From: Phoronis australis
Lineage: Eukaryota > Animalia > Phoronida
Length of the DNA stretch: 64,000 nt
Direction: 5' to 3'
Assembly (NCBI GenBank): GCA_002633005.1
Contig: NMRA01000085.1
Span: 537,464 to 601,463 of the forward strand
This document shows positions 1 through 10,022 of the stretch, piece by piece. The notes under the pieces are model-generated. The model did not search any database. It had not been told where the DNA came from and saw only the letters and a list, made by a program, of their open reading frames with translations. The number at the start of each line of letters is the position of its first letter. Within the stretch, counting starts at the first letter, position 1. The position numbers and the translations under genes are program-made.

Positions 1-545
1 TAAGATTTTATTTAGGCTTGCGTTGGTTGAAATGGAAAAGTAATTGTTGACATGGTTGGGAATTGTTTGATCTTGAAAGAAAGTTTGAGGAGATTTTGCG
101 CCTTAAAATTGGAAAAGACCCATTTGACAACAAGACACTCCTGAATGGTTTGAATCGGTCGTCAGATATGGAAAACTTTCCAACATTATTGATCTAAACA
201 GATTTTTTAACATTCAGCTGCTTTTTGGTCTAAAATTAGTAAAACGGAGGTTACACGTTGATGCACACATTCCTGGCAGCAAACCTATTTACACAAATCA
301 ATACAAATACGGAATAGATAATTGGTAGAACCTGGCATATTATTAACTGGTTACTCCGTTTTTAAGGAGGCAGTGGAGTATCCGTGTATCTGTTATATTC
401 ACGGCGTTTGTACCTTTATAGTGACTGCATAGAACTTGGTTCGATTGTGTGAAATTACATTATTGGAATAGATGTTAATGTATATTGTGCAACACGTCAC
501 TGAGACACATTTGTTCATCCATCTTTAAACGTTATGTAATGTATG

Positions 546-1161
546 ATAATACGATGAATGTTTTCAGTCATCCAGTTGGGCCATAGTATAAGAATCAATA
601 AATCTATTACTGGACTTACGGTACATGTACGTGGAGATGGCTACGTTGCGTCCTCCTCTCGAGGACTTCATTAGGCCACTGAGTTGTCACGTGACTTGTC
701 ATGTGATCTGTCGTACAGTTTTCGCGGGATTCTCTTCAGCACCCTATCCCATGTCCTACATGTAGGTACATGTAAGTGAAACCGAAACCAGCATCGGAGA
801 TCCAGTTATGGGGACTGCTATGATTCTGCAGTTTTTAGTCACATGGCTTCCACAGACCACTCTTTCAACATGGAAGATGTGAAGATCCTGGATAGAGAAG
901 AAAATTGGTTTCGGAGAGGGGTCGAAGAAGCTATCTACGAGAATTGAGAATCCTAGCCTCAGTAGACAGGGGGGGGCTGCGGTTTCACTTACCTAGGACA
1001 TGGGATAGGGCGTTGAAGAGAATCCCGCGGAAACTGTACGACAGTTCACATGACAAGTCATGTGACAACTCAGTGGCCTGATGAAGTCCTCGAGAGGAGG
1101 ACGCAACGTAGCCATCTCCACGTACCGTAAGTCCAGTAATAGATTTATCGATTCTTGTATC
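546..1161 (+). mobile_element. 5'-truncated Penelope-like retroelement with inverted terminal copy
   Basis: About 786-1020 translates, with frameshifts, to QHRR...SAVFSHM..TDHSFNMEDVKILDREENWFRRGVEEAIYE/IENPSLSRQGG, the C-terminal half of a Penelope GIY-YIG endonuclease. 587-784 is the reverse complement of 980-1159. The element is flanked by the 12-bp direct repeat ATGTAATGTATG (534-545, 1162-1173). Confidence 0.85.
1074..1114 (+). ncRNA. Minimal type-I hammerhead ribozyme motif with a core substitution (GCAAC instead of GAAAC)
   Basis: TGGC-CTGATGA-A-GTCCTC(gagag)GAGGAC-GCAAC-GTA-GCCA. Stem I is TGGC/GCCA, stem II is 6 bp, stem III is the palindrome ACGT, and the triplet is GUA. It lies in the Penelope 3' end. 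Confidence 0.6.
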
Positions 1162-1212
1162 ATGTAATGTATGCTTAGCATCCATGTGTTTAGCGATCGT
1201 TCGCTTTTTCAG

Positions 1213-4200
1213 CTGTCCACAATAACACACCTTCTGATGTCGTCTGGATTATCCCGCTCGTGGTTCTCCTGTTTCTACTGCTCTGTGTAGCTGTCATCGG
1301 CTACTTCAAGTACGATACAGTTCGCGGTATCCCCTTTTCCGGGAGACGACCTATAAAAGAAAACCACGACGTGCTGCGACATAAGTTGGCTGAGGCCGTC
1401 AGGGTCGGCACGTGCATGGAACCGGCCTTGGACGAGTACAAAAAGTTCTGCATGCAACATTTTTTGTTCGTCCGCATGGACTTAGACCTTTGCAAGACGG
1501 CCAACAAAGCGATAGAAGAGTTGAAAGAAAAAGAGAGAAACAGCAACGCCTTGCTCATGTCTTTGGACCGCATAACATTTCGTAGCTCACATTCTAGGAG
1601 AGAACACGGCGTCCACGTAACGACTAGCGCAAGTAAAAGTGCCTTGCTCCAGACTCTTAGCATTCCGGACGCCCCTGCTGTTTCGACAGACAATGAGCGT
1701 AGGTCTTCTACTTACTTAAATTCTAAGGCTTTTGAACTAAAAGTAAATCTCGCGGAGGCATTACAGTCGTGGAGCTACACAGCCATTAAGAAAGCGTTAT
1801 CGACCTATTACGGATTCTGCAGCTGGAACAGCGAGTATGTCTGCGCAGATGAAGAGTTAGTGAACAGGGCCAAAAATGTATTGCATATGAATCAGATGGA
1901 AACCAATTTGAGAATGGCTATCCAAACGGGCGATCCTGACGCCATCTCGTCAGCATTAACTGGCTACGAAACTCTTGGAGGCCATGATTCGTTTCGTCAA
2001 CATGACAACGTCTTAGTGACGACGGCACGAATTGCTTTATGTGAGCATGAAGACGGTAAAAGGAGAGCTATGTTAGAAGAGGCTATGAATAAATGGGATA
2101 AGGGTGAGATCGTCCAAGCCTTGAGAAACTACGAGCACTTTGCGGAAAATCAGGACAACGAGTTTGAATGTGAACGAAAGATTTTCTATGAAGCCAGTGA
2201 CTTAGTAAAACAAACAGATGGGATTTTAGCGAAACAAAATGCATTAAATCGGTTGTTAAGAAAAGCAATATCGTCATCAAACGTCGAAGAACTAACTCAT
2301 ATTTTGGAAGACTATAACCAATTTCTTGGCGAACACGGTCGTGAATGTTCGGTGCCAACTACACTGTTAGAGGAGGCACAACAGATTTTAATGTTGCCGT
2401 CCTTGAAGCAAAGCTTGATACATGCAGTTGAAGAGGGGGACCTGATGCTTATGAATGACGCCATTGAAAAAGTAATAGAGAGCGGAATAGAAGAAAAATT
2501 ACAGCCTGAAATGAAATTGGCTTTGGGCGTACAGGAGAATATTCGGGAAGTACAAAAACTGAGGGAAGCAGTTCTGAACTTGGACCGGGAAACAAGTATG
2601 GAGATCCGAAGCTATGACCACCCTTCGCAGATAGTGCACGACGTCATGCGGGCGGCACTGATTGTTGTTGGCGATGAGGACCAAATGACACGAGACTGGG
2701 AGCGGTGTAGGAGTCGTTGTAGTTCTATCTCCACGCCCGGAAATCCAGGACTTTTTAACAGAGTGCGCAAGTTCGACGTCAAGCAACTGAACCCTGAGGT
2801 AGCCGAACACGTACTTGACATTTTAAGTGGATTCACGTCAAGTGACGTGGAGCACGTGAGCTTTGGAATGTCTGTGTTTTATCTGTGGGTAAAGAGTGTG
2901 TGTAGATTGTGCCTTAGCACAGCTCACCTTTACAAACACCGTAAAAGCAAAAACCAGCCTGAATCTGATATGATATTAAATGATGCAAGTATTACGAAGC
3001 TACGAGAGAAACAACACGCACGTGGAATGTCGATTTCGGGTTGGGTGACACCGGAGGTTTCGAGTGGAACACATTCAACACCTTCATATAGCCCGTCCAA
3101 AACGTCAGATACGCAACCCGACTTGAGCCTGCAACTTAGGCTGGCCGTCGAGCAAAAAGACTTTCCCGCAGTAGAGAAGTCTTTGAATGAGTATCTCTCC
3201 TTCAGTGACGATCGTAAATTCGATCACCAACTGAGTGACGAAGCTAAGCAAGTGCTTGTTGAATATGAACTCATGAAGACCAAAGAGTCCTCCTTGAAAA
3301 CTGATGTGAACCAGGCCATTGCCAAATCCGATCGGGCGTTGGTCTTATCCTCACTTGAACACTATAAATCATTTTGCCACCTCAATGCAAAATACTTCGA
3401 CTTGGACAAATCGCTGGTGGAAAAGGTGCAGCGGTGCTTAAGCGAAATAGACGAGACAACAAAGGTTTTAGAATCTAACTCGGTGTTAAAATCTCAGTTA
3501 TCCAAAGCCATCCAGGATTGCGATATTACTGCCGTTGAAACCTTCATTGACGAGTATGAAGCTCATTGCGTTTCACATAAAGAATTTATAAGTCTTGACA
3601 AACGAATTTTTGAAAAAGCAAAATTGTTGCTCAACAATTACAAAACCACGAAAGCTATGGAAAATTCTTTGAAAACGACTCTTTCAACTGCAATTTCAAA
3701 GTCTGATTTGAGTTCTATTGATAAAGCGCTAAAGGATTATAAATCGTTCTGTCAGGCTAACGTGGGGATTGTCGTACTCGATAAAAGTATAATACAGGAT
3801 GCAAACAACGTGATAGAAGCAGATGGAAGGAGAAATTCTATTTTGGAAGCTCAATCGCAATTGGAGACACAATTGACATTTGCCATCTCCACTAAAAATG
3901 GTAAGTCAATTGAAAGACTTTTGCAGGAATACATGTCGCTCTGTGATTTCAACAAAGATTACGTTTCTGTCAATCTGCAATTGATTGAGAAAGCAAAACG
4001 TGCCTCTATGGAATTCGTGGTCATGCGAGAGGAGGAAGAAGCGCTGAAAGGTAAGCTATCCGCTGCGTTGAAAATGGCGGTGTACCCCCTTATCCAAGAT
4101 GCACTTGAACAATACGAAGCGTTTTACAAAGCCAATATTGATATCATCGCACTGGACGAGTTCATAGTTCAGAAATCCAAGGGAATGTTGAAAGAGCGTG

Positions 4201-6227
4201 GGCAGCAATACGACGCTTTGAAAGACCAATTGTTAAGATCAATGGAAGGGAAAGATCCGAAACTGGTAAGAGAGGCTTTGTTAAATTACGAAGACTTTTG
4301 CAAGGCTCACTTCGCTTCAGATGAAGTGGATTGGTTGATTGTGGCGGCAGCGAAACATGTAATAAACACGGACGTGCAGGAGCCAGAGTCGAGCAAGACG
4401 GGAGATGAACAACTAAGGCGAGAAGTTCAGGAGAGGACAGCTGAGGGTATAAAGCAGGAACTTATTAACATCATGAAAAGTGGCGACAAACGCTGTGCGA
4501 GAAAAGCTTTTAGAAAGTATACAGCATTCTGCCGACAAGAAAAGATCGATATGGACAAAAGCTTAGCTGCTGCCGTCAAGTCGTACATAAAGGAACCTCG
4601 TGCGGATAAAACCACTAATCAACGGACTAGTAAAAGTGACATGACAGTGGACGGCAAGCTGGACTCGGACACGAAAGGTAAGATCCCAGGTAGCGTCGAC
4701 TTTTCAGAGGCTAAACAGGCTGCACATGAATTGACTGATATTCTAAAAGACGACAGTGGTACGGCAGTTGTAGGTCAGGTGCAAAGCGATGAAAGAAAAA
4801 GCAGTATAGAAAATAAATTGCCAGTGATTGCTGATAAGATGCTGCGTGATCTTATGGTCGCTATGACCAATCGCGATCAAGATAGTTTGTTCATGAGTTT
4901 AGCAAGATACCGTAAGTTTTGCAATCGCTATCAAGGCAAAATTGAAACTAATGTCTCGGTTGTCGTGAAGGCCGATGCCCTTCTGAAGACTCTGACGACG
5001 AAAGATAGTGGTGAGCAAAAGGAGCGCTCCGCTACCCAACAGCAGCAGCGCGACGAAACCACGAAAGAGCAGGAAGTGAGAGAAGCGGCGGATCGGTTGC
5101 GACAAGATCTTGTTGCTGCGGTAGAAATCCGGGACTTGACTGGTCTTCAAACAAATCTGAAAACGTACCAGATGTTTATCGAGGAGCATTCTGGTAAAGT
5201 TGACATAGACCAGGCTTTGGTCAAAAAGGCTTCGTCAATGCTGCGAAGAATTGCCGCTGTTCGCGTGAGAGATGGTGCCGGTGAGGCAAAAGCTAGCCTT
5301 GCTCAGAAAAATAACATTGAAAATCAGGATACGCAAAAGCCTGACTTGGATACCAAACAACGGTATGAAGGAGAAGGAGTGAAAGACCAAAAACCCAGAG
5401 AACTCGCCGATCAGTTGAGACAACAACTTAACGTCGCTGTTGGAATTCGTGACTGGGCCAGTCTTGAAACAAAGCTTAGTAGGTATCGGAGGTTTCATAT
5501 GATGCACGCTGGTAAAGTTGCCATAGACGAGGCATTGGTGAAAAAGGCTTCGTCAATGCTGCGAGGAATGGTCACTGATCGCGAGCACAAAAGCGAGACA
5601 AAGGCCGGAGTTGTTAAGAACTTTGAGCCTAAAAGTTTGGAACCATCTTCCACGGTACCCGATGGGCTTACGCTTAAGAATCGGATCGACAATGCAATTG
5701 AAGGGAAAAACCTGGAGGATATAACCAGTGTTATTGAAAGTATTAGACAGCCTGAGACTATTGCAACGTTGCAATCCGATTTGGCCAATCTCGAAAATAT
5801 TCGAACTGTGTTACTGTCGATGAACCAGAAAAGACTTGATATATTGAACATGTCTAGCAAATCATTTGGAGACATGCGAAATCACGAAGATCCGTCCAGT
5901 TGCATTAGCAATGTTATCAGAGCAGTTCTCGTGTTGATGGGCTATTCAGAATCGGAGACCAGCGATTGGTCCTCTTGTCAAGAAATTTTCAGTAACAAAA
6001 GGACACGCGAAAATCCTGGGTTTATGAAAAAGTTTCGGAGCTTTGACTGGAAAACTGTAGATGTCGTTGTGGCCAGTCGGGCGGCAGCTGTGCTAGCAGG
6101 TGTCGTTCGGGATGACTTATTAATGGCGAATAAAGACGCGTGTCTATTTTACGATTGGGTCAACATGGTGTGTACGTTTTATCGTATCTCAGGTCTACAT
6201 ACGAGTAGGGCCTCTACCGACACTTAG
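1213..6227 (+). CDS. Giant terminal coding exon of a single-pass membrane protein: TM helix, ~18 helical repeats and two dynein-stalk MTBD-like modules (5' exons outside window)
   Basis: The 1655-codon ORF 1260-6227 starts at GTG, but the frame stays open back to an acceptor (ctttttcag|, AG at 1211-1212, phase 1). This reads xVHNNTPSDVVWIIPLVVLLFLLLCVAVIGYFKY followed by basic residues (RGIPFSGRRPIK). The stop is TAG at 6225-6227. Confidence 0.88.
2560..2905 (+). other. Dynein-stalk microtubule-binding-domain-like module 1 (approximate bounds)
   Basis: LNLDRETSMEIRSYDHPSQIVHDVMRAALIVVG...W...GLFNRVRKFD...VEHVSFGMSVFYLWVKSV follows the dynein stalk-tip pattern E[IL][RK]S..xP...V..V..A...LG...W...F...L..FD...V...S......WV, recognised by eye. 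Confidence 0.65.
5830..6170 (+). other. Dynein-stalk microtubule-binding-domain-like module 2 (C-terminal; approximate bounds)
   Basis: LNMSSKSFGDMRNHEDPSSCISNVIRAVLVLMG...DWSSCQ...NPGFMKKFRSFDWK...LFYDWVNMV aligns position by position with module 1 (shared P, RA, G, DW..C, NPG, R.FD.K, FY.WV..VC). Confidence 0.6.
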
Positions 6228-9079
6228 TGGAAATCTACATTTCGAATGTATAAATCACATATAACATGTATTTCGTGCACTCGATGTTCAAATCAGGGGA
6301 ATGACGCTTATTAATATAAAATAAGAGACGAGTGTTTCCTCATTATTTGAGTGAATACCCAACTTGTGTTCTATACAATGAAATGGTACCTGAATGAGTG
6401 ACGGGTGCTCTATATTGTGGACATGTGTCGAAATTATTAATTTCTGCTTCAGTTGACGGGGGTCAGTGCAATTATAATACATGGCAGATTTTTTTCATGA
6501 TCTGTATTTCGGTCATTTCCTAATGCAAATCCGTAAAAACTTGTTGTTCTAAAGAAAAACACCTCTGGAAAACTGCTAAACCCTCATGGTTTACAGAAAA
6601 GCTACTTCCACTTAAATCGATGACTGGAAGCCAATTGACGACAGATGACTTTTCAAGTGCGGTGACAGTTTTCTGTTTTATCAGCTTTAACTATATTTCC
6701 CGGTGCAATGATTTTCTTTTGTCAGCGTTCGAATATTTTTTCTGTGATTTTGAGTACCTGAGCTTTATCTTCTACACAAAAAGATTCGCCGTTCGTTGTT
6801 TCTTCCAGGTTTTATTTCGATGCCCATTGTGTTTTCTGTGACGAAAAACTAAAATATGGCCAACTCAAACAGAGCCATATAAGAGTGTAAAATTGGGTCT
6901 CCTAAAAAATTTTATGGTCATGATCACTCCGCTGCTTTTCACTTGATGGCTATTATGTTACGTCGTGGGAATAATCTCAGACAAGAAATTTCTTCTATGA
7001 AAAATTGAATTTCCTTTTGAATTAAATCGAGCCTATACTCATGTCAAGAGTTGTGCCATGGCACTTGGCCTACCTCAAAATACAGCTGAGCTGCCTGTTG
7101 ATTTGGTAATTGGCCCAGTTATGTTGCACACCCAGCAGAATTCATGAGGAATTTATTATGGCAACATTAAACAAACGTTTCAGGTTGTAAACGTCACATT
7201 AATTCTTGTCCAGTTTTCAAATTTGAGAAACCTAATCACGTGTTTTTCGCCACCTATTCAGTGTTTATGATGGTCTCATTGTCTAAAGAACGATAACATT
7301 GTCAGCCTGCGGAGATTTAATTAACCACAACAGCATGACGTCTTTGATCTAAACCGGCAAATTTTGTGGTGCGCAAAGCGGTCGAGTTGCCCAAACTGGA
7401 CCGGCTAGAGTGTCAACGTGGGACACTTTTCATGCTTGGGTTTGCCTCTTGTTTAGTATGACCTCGCACGCCAAAAATAACAAGAACTCAACTCAAAATC
7501 ATCATTTATTTTTTTAAATTTAATAACCTGTTATTTGAAAAGAAAAAATCACACTCCACTGCTTTATAAGCATTGTTGCCAAACAACGACTGCTTTAAAG
7601 ACGCTTCATTTTCTTAAAATCTTCATAAAACGGATTTTAACGCTTGCTAATCAGTTGGGTTGAAAATTAAGTCCAAATAGTGTCCATTCAACAAAAGTCC
7701 AAATATTTTCAAACTCAACTGAATTTAATGTGAAATTTCAGTTTCCTTTTTATGGCCGCCGTCGTGAGTGACAGCTAATTCGGGCATTTTGGGTACTCAC
7801 TCAACTTCCGCCGTATCTAATGAGGTTTCCGCGAAAATCCTGCACACTTTATAAAAAATCAAAAGTAAAGTAAGGCAAACACAAATACTGTTGAAAGTTA
7901 AGAAATGTTCATATTTTCGTGACGTCTATCGACTTACATGCACGAAACTCACCCTGTGTTCTAAATTGATGAACGGAAAGGAAAGAGTATTTTTACACTT
8001 AGCTTTTTGACAAACTGTGACGAATCCCTCTTAAAGTGGTATCAAATTCGTGCTTTCTGGCACACACAAGTTTTGATTGAGTCCACCGTCATGAAATTGA
8101 TCTCTATCTTGGTCTGACGGGAAAAGATCATACAATTTGAGTTCGCCACGTCATGGTGACCTGAAACTGCATGAGCTTAGAAAAAAACAACTGTCAGTTC
8201 TTCCCGAGTCAAGAGATCACTTTTAAACTGAGTAAGAAACCAGGCTTGACTACTTTTTTGACGGTAAGTCGTCTAAATCAAAATTTGTTTTGTGACACAA
8301 AATACGGGTTTAACATCGCTTTAACAACCGTCAATGTAATAGTTCAGGCTTGAGCTTGTTGTTTTGCATGGAAATGGGAAAACAACACACGCGTTTACCG
8401 GCATTGTACAAGCGAAAGTTGCGGGAAATAACAATCAGGACCTGTACACAGGGACTTAGAAGTATCTTTAGAGCCACTGGACATCATAGCTACGTCATAC
8501 CAAAATGGTGGGCAGAAATGTTCCTCGCGCAATCGTTGTAGTTGCTCTGTCTAGTCGTCCACAGAACGGAATAGCGTGAAACTGAAGTTACATTTCGCTC
8601 TGTTTAGCTGTTTACAAAAACAAAAATTGAGTTAGGCCTCTTCTCTCATAAAATCGATCTGACGACATCCCATAGCGTTATAAAACCCTATTTCCGTTAT
8701 CAACAAGAACGTCGAAACCATCGTTATACTCTTTAGAGTTTGTAAAAGTTGTATTAACTCTAAGTTGCAAATTCGAAAATGGCGGCGCATGTACCAAATG
8801 CCTGTGACGTGAGTTGCCGGTTCATTCAGTAACAATACAAGATAAGCGTGGTTACGCTTTTTAAAAACCCTAATTGCAAGCTTCGGTTGAAAATACAACA
8901 TTGACCGCTGAATAGCGGCGAAATACCCCTTCAAATAATGTGTGCATTAACAATTAAATTATTTTGACAATGAGTCACTGCTATTATTAAGAATGCACTG
9001 TTTGTATTTTTCTAACACCGTACTTTTTAAAAATGACCAGCGTAAATTTTGTTGGCTGTTCTACTAGATGAATCACGCC

Positions 9080-9240
9080 AGTTGATTGGCTGTCGGCCAG
9101 GAACTATGACGTAACTAAGGAATTTTTAAAAGAAATGGCTACGGAGAAACAATGTAAACCTTCAACTATGCTCGATAAAAGTGACATTATTTCTTTGTCT
9201 GGAAACAAGAGGTTGGCAAGGGTAGTGGTTGCTAGGCTGT
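9080..9240 (+). promoter_or_regulatory. Candidate promoter of the 10023-24938 gene
   Basis: GATTGG (reverse CCAAT) at ~9084, CRE-like TGACGTAA at ~9107 and an RFX-like half-site GTTGCTAGG at ~9228 are clustered. A donor-like GTAAGC at 9269 could end a non-coding exon. These are short motifs only. Confidence 0.3.
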
Positions 9241-10022
9241 CTCGTGCTTAGTAGAATGCACTTGCTTGTGTAAGCAAGGAATACAACAGCGTTGTTACAA
9301 TGTAAATGCTCTTAACGACATAGCAGGAAAACAAAGCTTTGTTCTCGCTGTAATAAACTGGTCTTACAACAATTTCTCAATTTCATTATTTACATTCAAT
9401 TGGTCAATAAAGCCATTTCATAGAAGCGACATAATACCTTATTATCCCTTAAGTTATTCTAACAATGGCTTTAACAAGCTTCACATAGTGGGGATTGTGC
9501 AGAGTAAATGTAACTTTTTATACCTTCAGTGTTTCTTTGGCTCGCCGTTTCCATTCAAAGACGGCATCACAGAGACGTGATGTTTACTATACTGCTGTAG
9601 CCTAGCGGCGCACACGCAGACGCTGCTGTTCGAGTATTGTTGGGTGTTACGCGCCTCCTTTGGGCTGTGGTTATCTGTTGAGATCTGCAAATCAATGTAA
9701 CGGTATTGTATCCTATCATTGAGTACAGGTTAGCACAACAGGTGAAACTGAGTTCACATCGTGACTAAAAGGGATCAAACTCATCCTGGATTAGCCTCCC
9801 GTCATTTCTTAATACGCTGTCATTAGACCTCTGCGTGCAATCTTGACGTCACTTGGAATACGCGGATACGTCGCTGGGGCAATACTTAGCGACCACAGGA
9901 CTTTGAGGATTCACGTCTGGAAGTTTTATCTATATCCAAACAACAATTCGCTCTGTCGTGCGTGATTTGGCTTTGAATTTATAGTGCCACATAACTGATA
10001 GTTCAAGCAGAAATACCTCAGA

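Noticed and set aside
985-1230. Short minus-strand ORFs (81 and 62 aa)
   Set aside because: They are antisense readings of the Penelope terminal repeat.
1260-1330. GTG-initiated single-exon gene with an N-terminal signal peptide
   Set aside because: The GTG start is an artefact of the ORF caller. The frame extends to a good acceptor at 1212, and the hydrophobic stretch is longer and followed by basic residues, which fits an internal TM helix.
1213-6227. Dynein heavy chain gene or fragment
   Set aside because: There are no AAA/Walker motifs or dynein tail sequence. Only the stalk-tip-like module is shared.
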